DNA of 45,397 nt from Candidatus Woesearchaeota archaeon (GTDB lineage: Archaea > Nanobdellota > Nanobdellia > Woesearchaeales > WJIZ01): NCBI GenBank assembly GCA_018221205.1, contig JAAOYF010000014.1, positions 1 to 45,397 on the forward strand. Direction: 5' to 3'. The notes under the pieces were generated by a model. That model was given only the letters and a program-made list of their open reading frames with translations. It did no database searches and was not told where the DNA came from. The position numbers and the translations under genes were made by a program. Positions 17,745 through 30,500 of the stretch are shown one piece after another; position 1 is the first letter of the stretch, and every line of letters starts with the position of its first letter.

Positions 17745-17844
17745 CTTAAGAAAATACTTCATAACAAAGAGAGAAGCCCATTCTGAAATTTTTTACATAT
17801 CCTTTCCGAATCAGTTAGGCACCAGAAGTTGGCGCGCGTTAGAG

Positions 17845-17963
17845 TTACATATTAGTAATAAAAAGCTATATATTAGTACCATTAGACTACAAATTAGTAT
17901 AAAATTATTACATAATAGTAGATAAGGCTTACAAAATAGTATATTAGTAGTTACATAATAGTA
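17845..17963 (+). repeat. Six 13-bp direct repeats (consensus YTACAWAWTAGTA) at 21-22 bp spacing; putative operator or iteron array
   Basis: Starts at 17845, 17866, 17887, 17908, 17929 and 17951; extra TATTAGTA partial sites at 17942 and 17985. Confidence 0.85.
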
Positions 17964-17966
17964 ACC

Positions 17967-17974
17967 TTTATAAA
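17967..17974 (+). promoter_or_regulatory. TATA box TTTATAAA for the HTH/giant-protein operon
   Basis: Canonical archaeal TATA about 26 bp upstream of the TTG start at 18000, implying a leaderless transcript. Confidence 0.7.
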
Positions 17975-17999
17975 TAAATCAGCCTATTAGTAGCCTAAA

Positions 18000-18503
18000 T
18001 TGGATATTCGGGAGAGAACTGAAGTAATCAGCGAAATTTCTAGACTGTTAAGTGGGTTAAGGGAAGATGAAAGAAGGCAAATTCTCGTCAATATCGAGAG
18101 TCTGCAAGAAGATATTCCTATTTCCGCATTCAGATCCCCCATTTCTGGTTTGGAAGTTATTGTCAAGTTTCTCAAGGAAAACGCAAGAAGAACGACAAAA
18201 GAAATCGCAAAGATCCTCAACAGGAAACTCACAACTATCTATACAACCTACAGTGCGACAAAGATCAAACATCCCGAGCCCTTAGACCTCACAGGACGAG
18301 GAATTCTCATTCCCACACAAATTTTCCAAAATCGTCGTTATTCCATTCTTGAGTCGCTTGTTGCCTTCCTGAAGGAGAACAAGCGCTTCTCATTACACGA
18401 AATTGCCGCTCTCCTGAATAAGCAATACAACACCGTCAAGACAGTCTATCGGCGGTATATGATAAAGAGACGTGGTAGAGCTAAGAGTGAAAGAAAAAAA
18501 TAA
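18000..18503 (+). CDS. Tandem helix-turn-helix DNA-binding protein
   Basis: Two internal repeats: IPISAF..SGLEVIVKFLKEN..TKEIAKILNRKLTTIYTTY and IPTQIF..SILESLVAFLKEN..LHEIAALLNKQYNTVKTVY. Confidence 0.85.
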   Translation: MDIRERTEVISEISRLLSGLREDERRQILVNIESLQEDIPISAFRSPISGLEVIVKFLKENARRTTKEIAKILNRKLTTIYTTYSATKIKHPEPLDLTGRGILIPTQIFQNRRYSILESLVAFLKENKRFSLHEIAALLNKQYNTVKTVYRRYMIKRRGRAKSERKK

Positions 18504-21500
18504 GGTGATAGAGTCATTGAAAAGGGCTTTTGCTAATAAGAGCTCTGTCCTAGTTTTAGCTGTACTCTTAGCCACCATGCTCTTCGCTGCTTTGCTTTAT
18601 TTCAACCCGACCATAACAGGATTTGCAGTATTTGACCAGAATGAGATCTCAGAAAAAGTGGAGTGGAATCTGGACAAGACAACACAGAAGACTATCACGC
18701 TGAATGCGACAAAAGAACTGACAGCTATCTCCATATCCGGTGAATTGAACGGTTCTGCTAGGGTCTATCTCCTTTACAATGATGAGAGATATCTTATCTT
18801 CGACGGATCGAACGTTACGTCGCTAGTCTATCCACTGCAAGCGAACGTATCAAATGCATCCATAACAACCATCTTGAAATATCAATCAGGGACAGCATTC
18901 GACCCTGATGATGACGGCATCTCTCTGGATACAGAAGCGATCGACTTCACCGTAAATGAATCTAGGATAAACGAAACCTTAAACGCATCCAATCTCTGCA
19001 CAGTATGGGCAGCAGAACAATCTCTTTGCCATGGCTCATCTTCATGCTGTGATTTCCTCGATCTCAACCAAGATTCAGAGGACTGGGATGATGCATTCTA
19101 TCTCACCTCCAAACAGCCCTCTTACAGTGTTTCAGCCCAGATTTTCTATATAGACTACAGCCTTGATCCTAAAAATCCATATACAGATTTCTATTCAAGC
19201 AGCAAAGCCACCTTGCCTGCATTCTTCTACAAAACCCAAGGCACCTTCACAGCAGAGTGCACGGATACGTGCACATTGTCAGGAATCAAAGGATCCTCTT
19301 TCACCTTGCTTATTGAGATAGATGACGGTTCCATGACCATAGATGGACTGCAGTACTCACTTGATTCAGCAACAAATTCACCGCCTTCCTTCCAGGATCT
19401 CCCAAATCTTACCATAGAGAAGGACTCAACCTATATGTTGAATCTTTCTGACTATGTCTCTGATAGCGAGGGAGATATCTTGACCTATAAGGTGTTCCAG
19501 CTGGATAACATAAGCATAAACTTCTCAGGAAATCTCGCATACCTGACTCCAGATCCAGGCTATAGGGGGCAGGCTTCAACATTTATCATAGCAAATGACT
19601 CACAAGCGATCGGTATTTCCAACATCTTCACCATAATGGTGGAAGAGACTGAAGAGCCATTCAAACCCATAAAGCAAGTAGAGCTTGGAAAGCCTGTTAC
19701 GTGGAGAAAACGCCTCTCAGCAACCAAGAATCTTACCTTCAATCTCACACCGCATGCCTACAATATCTCAGTGAAGCAGATCATCACAGATATCTCTCTG
19801 AAAATTCCAGAAAGATTCATCGCCATAGCAGGAAAATCTCTGAAAAAGTACAATAACGACACCTTCATCAAAGTGAAGCAGAAGCTGCTCAAGGCCCAAC
19901 AGCAAGACATACAGCTGAACATTGAAAATACCACAGGAACAGTCGAGATTGAGTACATGACAGAAGGCCCTGAAGCATTTGAGTCTTCTCTCGACAACGG
20001 AAAACAAGTAATCATCAGTTCAGAGGTCCATTATGAGGATATAAAAGCATTCACCACCATAAGAGAAAGCTCTCTCAGCTCGATCAATCTCTTCCACGTC
20101 ATCAATGGTACCAAGCAAAAGATAGCGTTCAACGCATCCGATACTGATGGAGATTCATTATACGATTACATCGAGTGGACCATTCCCCATTTGAGCAACC
20201 AGACCTATGAGATCATATACATCTCAAAAGCAGAACACTTGGATACAAACAGGACATTCATTGCTGACATAACTGACAAAGTAGAAAGCAGGGATGGTGA
20301 TTGGATAGCTGTCCCAGATAGCAATTACGTAAGGATTACGTTCGAAAGAAAACTCTCAAAAGGCCGCGACATCACGATCTTCGCGAGATCGAATGATTCC
20401 GCAACTGTGGAAGTATTCCTCGAAAACTCCACAGACCAACTCGCTAATTTTGGCTCCATCAATATAGATCAGCGCTACCAGATATTCCTCAATAATCTCA
20501 CTCAAGAAGCAGATACATTCGATTTATTGGTAAGTGGAGGGACAGTTGAGTTTGATTATATCGTTGATCCAGCTGTCGGAGTGAATATAACTCAGCCTGA
20601 CGCAGCTGCTCCAGGAATGGACGTTGTCGTGCAATTCGTCGGAACAAGCTTTGATGCTACTGATACAGTGACCGTAAATACAACAGATATCATTGTTGGA
20701 CCAATAACAGTCACTGATCAAACTGGTGCTGTAGTCTCTTCAGGAGGCCGCGTCTTAACGACAGTCTTCTTTATCAGCGATGTAGCGACAGATCAAGATG
20801 TGCAGGTGAATATCACCGGTTCAACAATCCCGAATCCATTCAAGATTATAACACCAACAACTGGTTCAGGTAATTTCACCGGCGCTTCCGGAACAGTAAC
20901 AATTGGTGATGGCAATAACGGCACGCGGACACAAGGTGGAGCGATAATTCTTGACAGCCTCATTATACCATCGGGTGTGACAGTAATAGTTGATACCTCT
21001 GATCCCGATGCCACCGCAAGCAATGGAAATCAGGGATTCCTTCCTGCAGTGATATTAGTTGACGGCCCCGTAAACATCTCTGGAACGTTGAACATAAGCG
21101 GCCAAGATGGAGCAGTTGGTGCAAGTGCAGGAACCGGCGGAGCAGGCGGAGATGGAGGTCCAGGAGCAGGCGGAGGAGGTTCTGCTGGAGGAGACGGTAC
21201 AGCTGCCATAGGTGCTGGAGGAGATGGATTCTCAGGCGGCGGCGGCGGAGCGAGAGGCTCAGGCGGAGATGGCGGAGATGGCGGAGCAGGCACTGGCGGG
21301 CCAGGAGTGGCTGGCGGAGATGGCGGCGGCGGAGATGGCGGCTATCCAATGTTTGGTGATTCACCCTTGGGAGGCCAAGGTGGTGAGGATCCTGGAGGAA
21401 GTGCAGGAAGTACTGGAGCAGGCGGTTCAGGAGATCCTTTCGGTACCCAAGCTACAGCAAGTGCTGGAGTGAATACTGCTGGAGAAGGAGGTGCAAGCGG

Positions 21501-24500
21501 CGCTGGTGAGAGCGGCGGAGCTTCCGGCGGAGGCGGAGGCGGATTTGGAACAGCAGGTACAGATGGCCAACAGCAATCCGGCGGAGATTTAAACGAACAA
21601 GGCTATGGCGGTTTGGTAGCAGGAAATCAATTCTTAGTTCCACTCTCAGGAGGTTCGGGTGGATCAGGAGGTTCTCCAGATGACGGAGGCTCCGGAGATA
21701 GGATGGGGGGAGGAGGCGCAGGTGGAGGAGGAAGTGTCCTTATCTACTCACCAATTGAAATCAGAATAACCGGTTATATCTTATCAGAAGGTGGAGATGG
21801 TGGAAATGCTGGTCCCGGAGGAACTCAACGTGCCGGCGCAGGAGGAGGAGGTTCAGGCGGTGCAATAACACTTCAATCTCCAATAATCAACAATACGGGC
21901 CTTATCAATACCACAGGAGGAGGAGCAGGAACCTATGGAGGAACTGGCGCTGCAGGTGGAACAGGCGGCTTAGGAAGATTGAGGATTGATGGTGCTCGAG
22001 ACTCAACCTATTTTGGATCTGGATCAACTTATGGCAGCGGTTTCATAGGTCCTGCGTTAACTGAAATTGAAGTAGACCAAATCTCAGGAATTGCGGCTGC
22101 TTCTTCAACCGTTGATATCAGAATAATAAATTCACTTGGCACCGATTATTACAAGACAACAGCAGATAGTGATGGAGACTTTACTATCACTCCCGCATAT
22201 AGAAAGGGGTTGAACTATATCTCAGCCATGCAAAATACAAGCAGCGATACTTATTCAGTTATGGGATCTGCCTCAGTTGGAGTCTTTGATTACACACCAC
22301 CACCGAATATTACCGCCTTGGATTATCCACCAGATGTATCTTTTGTCAATGATGTTCCTCTCGACTATAACTTCACCGTTCATGATGATCAATTCATTGC
22401 AAACTGCAGCCTTTGGACAAATATGAGTGCTACCTGGACACTCAATACAACAATAGTACCAACAACAAATAATTCCCAGACATACAATATTACCCTAATT
22501 GTTCCAGATGGGAAGTTTAAATGGAATGTGCAGTGCTACGATAATGCATCCGGGTCCTCTTGGTTCAGCACAAATTACACCTTTACATTGGATTCAATCA
22601 AGCCAGAGGCGACAATCATATCAATTGATCCAAATCCAGCAAATCAGACATTGGACAATGTGACTGTTGAATGGGCTGCTTCCGATATCCATCTGCACAC
22701 CGCTTACGTAAATGTAACGTATCAAGATGGCTCCTTTATCAGCCAGTACACTGATAATTTCACCTTGACAACGATCAACCTCTCTGATGCAGGGAACTAT
22801 ACGATAACCTTATTTGCGAATGACTCAGCCGGTAACATCAATACGACATCAAGCATATTGACAGTAATTGACAGAATTCCGCCGAATATCACCCTGATCA
22901 ATCCAACGAATAGGACGTATGATATGGATGGCAACATCAATTTCACGTTTAATATAACAGATTTCTCATCTATCTTGAACTGCAGCCTCTTGTTCAGCGG
23001 AATCCCGATATCTTCTAATACAAGTGTCAATAAGAGCATTGCACAGAAATTTAGACAGACGAATATGGCTGATGGAGATTATATCTGGCATATCAGCTGC
23101 ACCGATGCTGAAACCAATCTCGGCCGCTCTTCAAACTGGACAGTGATTGTCGATAAAACCTTACCAACAGTCACGCTCAATTATCCCGAAAACAATAGGT
23201 ATTTCTCCCAATTAACGCTTCAGATGAACCACACGCCGGATGATCCCGGAGTGGCAGATCATCTAGAGGCATGTGAGCTTTGGACTAATTTTTCAAGCAG
23301 CTGGCAGCTCAATCAGACAGAATATTCTCCAAAATCAGACCAGAACAACGGATTTGACTTTGTCACGCTGTCTGAAAATGTCTACAGCTGGAATGTCGTC
23401 TGTAACGACACGGCGAAGAACATCGGCTGGGGCACAGCAAATTACACCTTTACTGTTGATATCACAAACCCAACTGTTGAATTTATCTGGCCTACCCCCA
23501 TAAACAACAGTAATCAGACCTCTTCAAGCCTGACCATAAATGTCAGCCACACCGAGATCCATCCCGAAATCCTGGTGCTTCTCATCAACTCTTCAAGAAA
23601 TGTCACCAAGCCTTACAGCGGATCATTCACCAATATGACCCTCACTGATCTTGACGATGGCATATACACAGTCAGGGTAGGCGTAAATGATTCTGCAAAG
23701 AATATCAATTATACAGAGATAAGACTTATACGTATCGATGCAACACCCCCACAGCTTTATCTGGAATCACCCCTTAATGATACCTGGAAGACGAGCACGA
23801 GTGTGGACTTCAATTACAACACATCGGATAATCTCATTGGTGTAGAGAACTGCACACTCTATATAGCCGGAACTCTGAATGACACCAGTTCATCGATAAC
23901 AGAAGGCATTTCCCAACAGCTCTCCGCAAATATAGGCAACAGCTTCAGTAATGAATGGTATGTCAGCTGTATTGACAGGCTTGGAAACACCAATGACTCA
24001 GAGACAAGGATAATCAAAGTGGATATTACGTTCCCCGGCATGGAGGATGAAGCCATTAACGGTACAGAGTTTGATGTCAATGACCATATCTGCCTCAACG
24101 TCACGGCTTCAGATACCTATTCAGGTGTTGCCCAGGTACTGGCAGAGATTGACTATCCTACATCCGGTTTGACTAATGTTTCCCTATCAAATTCAAGTAC
24201 CTGTAAAGGTGCAGGTGGAGCTGTCTGGGCAGCAGCATTGCAGCTCGTCGAGGACAAGAACTATAATTGGAGCAGGACCTTTGCTGTTGACATAGCAGGG
24301 AATGTGAATATCACCTATCCTCCAACAATCCTTAATTGGTCAGCAAATGCAACAATCTTCCTCAATACCACGATTCTGCAGCCAACGATTAATTTCGTAC
24401 TCAATGAATCATCAAATTCCATTAATGTCAGTTATTTGCAGCAATGTAACGTAAGTTGCCGTGATGATTCTAGCGCATCATGCGAAGGCATCTATCTCTT

Positions 24501-27500
24501 CACCGATTACTTCGAAGGTTCATGGAACACTATAACGACGACGACGCAGACATTCATCAGCAGCCTTGATAATTACTCCTGCGGTACGCTTGCAGCGGAA
24601 GAATCATGCCAGCAGACCTTCAATGTGACCATAGGCAGAGAATCAGGAGGGTCTACCTACAGGATGAGGTGCCGGACCTCATCGACAAACGCACCATCAG
24701 ATTATTCAGTCGAGTTTAATCTCACTGTAAATGATTATCCTGTGGCCAAAATGCTTTATCCTACAAACAACGAATGGCTTCATGGAATCGAGATTATCAA
24801 CGTTTCAACAAGTACTGATGACAGAGAAATAACACAGTATATCTTTGAGGTGGACAACAACACTGACTTTGACTCACCGACACTGCTCTGCGACACCCTC
24901 AATACAGGAGCGCAGGGTACTGCATCTACGGGCAATCTCACAGGAACCTATGGCCAGTCAGGAGGAAACTATACTAATACAACACAGAACGACACTTCCT
25001 ACTGGTTCGTTGGCAATAGTGGTTCGTTTTCCATAAATGCCTATGCAGTCGCAACATACAATCTGTCAAAGACAGGCGTTGCGGAAGAGGATCTCACAGC
25101 ACTTTCCTTCAGCATGGTCTATTGTCACAGCGGAAGTGATTATCCAGGGGTGGAATGTGCAGGAACAGCAGCAACTGGTTCAGTCGATGGCACACAGCAG
25201 GTAGAGGCATTCAACTATTCTAACAGCCAGTGGACGGATATTGGAGACTTAAGGACGGATGATGCAGGGAACGAGATTTACGACGAGTTTAGCGTGCCAG
25301 GAAATCTTTCAGACTTCATCAACGATACGAGCGATGAGATCCGTATCAGATATGAGATGGATTATATTAACGCCTTCGCTGAAGACCGCAGTTTCCTGGT
25401 CATCGATCATGCGATCCTTGATATCAGCTATGACCTGGGCCTGGACTCCTGTTCTTTTGACACGACAAACCAGACGCAATGTGATGAAGAATCACAGACC
25501 TGTTATCTGCGATTGAATGTGACAGATTCAGATGGCCTAAGGAATTCAACATACATCACTATTAGCATAGATAACATCGGTCCGACAACCACCCTTCTCA
25601 GACCGATCAATTTCACGAATATAACTGCGAGCACCTATCTCATGAATGTTTCAGTACAGGATGTTGGATCTGGTGCCGATACCATCACTTACCTCTACAG
25701 AGAAAACAATACTGCTTCATGGAACTCATTATGCACACGTTCTACTACTCCCTATAACTGCACCTGGGACCTCTCTTCACTTGAGGAGGGCCGAAACTAT
25801 CAGCTGAGGGCATATGCGAATGATTCCGAAAGCAATCTTGGCGGCAACGATACTGCTATGAATATCACCCTGGACAGGCTCGGCCCTATTATCACTCTGA
25901 ATGCTCCTGGAAACAACACCTGGAACCTGGACGACATAATCTTCAATTATACGGTGAATGACATTCATTCAGATATCGCGAGCTGCAGCCTGCTGATTAA
26001 TTCCATCACCAACCAGACCAATACCACTATTACCGAGGGAGCAGACCTTAAATTCACCATAAACGGCATAGCCGATGGATATTACACCTGGAGAGTGTTA
26101 TGCAAGGATATGCTGGACAATGTAAATAACTCAGAGATAAGGATCCTCAAAGTGGATAATTCAGGGCCGACGAGCACAGTCATCAATCCCCCGGATTTCA
26201 CCAATATCTCTGGCTCTTACACGGTGAATGCGACCGTCACCGATGCAGGCAGCGGCGTCAATACTACTCTCTTCTACTATCGCCAGAATCTCTCCGCATC
26301 CTGGATGCTCATCTGTTCAGATGAGACATCTCCCTATGAATGCAATTGGGATACCAGCTCTTTGCCAGAGGCCGTAAGCTATGAAGTGAGGGCATATGCG
26401 AATGACAGCTTGGGGTACATTGGGGATAATGACACTAATACGAACATTTCTGTTGACCGGACGTCACCAGTAATTAACCTCCTTGCCCCAGGGAACAATT
26501 CACAGGATGTTGACGGCATCGTTGACTTCAATTTCTCAGTGACTGATGCATTATTGGGAGTGCCGAACTGCAGCCTCATCATCAACGGTTCAGTCAATAG
26601 GACTGCTTTCGGAATCCAGGAATCTTCCGCTGAGAACATAACCCTAGACAATCTGGTGAATGGCTTCTATCACTGGAATGTCAGCTGTTCCGATGATGCA
26701 GGCAACACAAACACTTCTGACACGCGGGCAGTCACCATAGCGCCCGATGCAGATCCGCCGAATGTCTCTCTCAACTCTCCTACAAATAGTTCAACTATCT
26801 CGAACCAAGATGTGGCCCTCACTTATACCGTGACCGATGCCCTCTCAGAAATATCAAACTGCAGCTTATTCTTCCTGGAGACATTTAATCAGACCAATTC
26901 CACGGCAGTCACAGAAGGCGCATCAAATGTCTTCAATGTTTATAATCTTGACAATGGGAATTACTCGTGGCGTGTTGAATGTACTGATACAGCAGTCTCT
27001 CCGAATACAGGAGCGAGCGGAACCTACAATTTCACAGTAAACAACTTGCCTTCAATGAGGATAAACCTTACTGCAGATCAACTACAGTATGAAGTTGGAG
27101 AGAGAGCATCTCTCAATACTTCAACTAGTGACGAGTTCGGCAACCCGATAAATACAACAGTCACTACAGATATCATCTTAGGGAATACCAGCACGCCATG
27201 GTGGAACACCTCCTGGAAGAGGAGGAAGCCGGTTTTCATAAATGACACTACCGGATCTTACAGGGCAGATGTATTAGTGAACGTTAATGTCAGTGGCCTG
27301 GGGGGCTATATCACTGACTGCACTAACGAAATAAGGGTTGTAGGCAACAATTCGCTGAGCTTTTCAGATGTCCCGGTCAATATAGTAGGAGGCGACAACT
27401 CGACGTACTGCGACATCACCTTTAGGGGCAATGTCTCCGCAAGTGCAGTTGATGAGAACACTTATTTCGTGTACTACAATAATTCTGGTGCAGCTGATCC

Positions 27501-30500
27501 TGGCCATGGCCTTATGAATATAACGGAAAATGTCACTTTTGATACTTTCGAGGCTGATTTCGGTAATTGGACAGACCAAGGAGGGACTTGTCTCTATGTA
27601 CGGAATCAGGATGTTACTCCATCCGCTACAACTGGATTTGGTAATACAGGAGGGCAAGGGTTTGACCATACTTTAGGTACTTCTTCTGGATGGTATATCT
27701 ATGTGGAGGCCTCTGGAAACGTGTGCCAGGGCGGAGATACTGAAGCAGATGTGGTAAGTAATTCTTTCACAGCCGGTTCGGCAAGCACAACGTTATCATT
27801 CTGGTTCCAGATGCATGGAAATGCTGTCGGAACACTGCATGTTGATGTCAATGATGGTGGGTGGAACAATGACCTCTGGACACAGGTTAATCAGAATCAG
27901 AGTTCGCCTCTTGATCCCTGGGCATTTGCTCAGGTTGACCTTAGTGCTTACTCAGGGCAATTACAGGTGAGATTCAGATATGATGGAGTGACTGGGTGGC
28001 AGGCAGACCAACTGCTTGATGATATCAATATAACAGTAGGCAATCGGATCAGTAATGGTCTGGCGTCGTATACAGGAGAGACAGAGGAATTTATACAGGA
28101 AAACACAAGCGTGACAGGGGATGATGGATATTGGATTTGGTCTTGGAATACTTTTGGTCAGAGCTTCGGTAATTACTCTGCTGTTTCACTATCGACCAGC
28201 CAAGACTATGACGATGGCTCGGATTATACACTCTTTGAAATCATACCCGACACCTCAAACCCCCGGATTTCATTGAATTATCCTTACAATAATTCATGGA
28301 ATAATACTAACAGTTTGACTTTCCATTACACTCCGACAGACAATGCCCACCACTTTGCAAATTGCTCCTTGTACTTCAATAGCATATTAAATAAGACAAA
28401 TACAACATCAATTTCTGACGCACAGCAAAATAGTTTCTCGCTTTCAGGTATTGTTGTAGGAAAGCATAATTGGAGCATCTCCTGTTTCGATATTTCCGGA
28501 AATCAGAATTCTTCTGAAACAAGGTTCTTCTTCATAGATCAGACCCCCCCTTCAATAAATCTAGATTGGCCTATCGATGGCTATAATACCACTACCTCGA
28601 TGCTTGATCTGAACTTTACAGCATTTGACAACATGGATACGGGTTTGACATGCAATATCACGTTGGATAATGTCATGCTTTCATCTATAGGGGCAGCAAA
28701 TGGTACTCTATCAGGCGCAAACGCTGAGGATCTCACAAATAGTCTCCATAGGTGGAACGTCACTTGTCAGGATAATGCAACGAATGTCAACACCAGCCTC
28801 ACCAGAACATTTATTGTCGATAGTATCGCTCCGACAATTGAATTAAACAAACCGTCTAATGACAGTTGGGATAATTCAGGATTGATAGAATTCAACTTTA
28901 CAGCAACCGATACTTATCTGCACCGATGTGAACTGTGGGGAAATTTCAGCGCTTCTTGGTTGAAGAATCGGACAGTATATGGTCCACCTTCTGGTTCGGA
29001 GACAAACTTCAGCAAAGTGACTATCCCTGATGGCATCTATTACTGGGGAGTCAACTGCTCGGATTATGCAGGCAACCTCAATTGGAGCAATGCCAACTTT
29101 ACGATAAAAATCGACACGACCATTCCGCAGATCGGTTTTGCTTCAAACAATCCAATCAACAATTCAAATCAATCTTCAACGTCAGTGTTTATTAATGCCA
29201 CCCACACCGAAGTGAATTCCCACACGATTATCTTCTACTGGAATGGCTCTCAGAATGAAACGAGGGCATATTCATCACTCTATACAAATATTACTTTGCC
29301 CAATATTGTAGATGGGCCTTATACTTATTATGTCTGGGTAAATGACTCCGCTACCAATGAGAATCAGACCGAAACAAGGACTATAACAATAGATACAATC
29401 GCCCCAGATCTCTCTCTTGTATCACCACAGAACAACTCATGGATAAATAACGCCTCTAATCCTGCTCTTTTCATCTATACGGCAGACGATGACTTGCTCA
29501 TAGTGGAAAATTGCAGCCTCTATGTCGATAGCATCTGGAACCAGACAAATGCGACGATAAGTGAAGGCATAAATCAGAACTTCACCTTGCAGCTTTACAG
29601 CGCAAATTATACCTGGAATGTACAGTGCTATGACACAGTCGGCAATCTCAATACCTCTGAGACTCGGAAAGCGAAGGTGGATCTCTCCTTCCCCACAATT
29701 GCCAACACCAACACCAACAACACCAATACCACAGTGAGTGATTACATCTGCATCAATGCGACAATAGCAGATACCTTCTCACAGGTGCTCCAGGCCTATG
29801 CGCATATCGTCGATCCTGATAGCGTGACGCAGACAGTCTATCTCGTCGACAACTCAACAACAACCTGCGATGGATCAAATGGAGATGGTATCTACTCTGC
29901 TACCTATCAGCTGACAAAGGCAGGCACGTACAACTGGACGCGCATGTACGCGAAAGACTTCGCAGGCAACCTCAATCTTACTTTTGTCGGCATTGAGATG
30001 AACTCGACAAGCTTCATCTCCATGAATTCCACCTTATACTACCCGACAGGCACATTCGAAATTAACGAATCGACAGGAAGCTTTGCCATGAACTGCTCTG
30101 CCACCTGTGATCCGACATCTGAGACCTGTACGAATGTCAGGCTGAGGGCAAGCTATAATGAGAGCGGCAGCAGCTACATTACCACCTTAACCACCGATTT
30201 GACAAACGATATCAACGGTTATGTCTGTGGAGATCTCAGCCCAGGAGCAACATGCAGCAATGTCTTCACTATTGATGCATCTGATACCTCAGGCCAGGAG
30301 AACTGGCGTGTCTGGTGTACGGGGAACTCAGATAATGCAGGATCGATAGATTCAGAAGATGAAGTTAATCTCACGATCAATGACAGGCCTTACGCCATGT
30401 GGGATTACCCTATTGATTTGGAGTGGCTCAGCGGCACTGAGAATCTGACAGCTCTCTCCTCCTATGATAATGATGGCTCCCTTGGTCTCTATACATTCGA

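Noticed and set aside
17521..17762. ORFs 17521-17703 (+) and 17514-17762 (-)
   Set aside because: They overlap the tRNA-Ser and hairpin element and have no protein-like features.
17845..17963. CRISPR array
   Set aside because: The repeats are 13 bp and degenerate with 8-9 bp spacers, far too short, and no cas genes are present.
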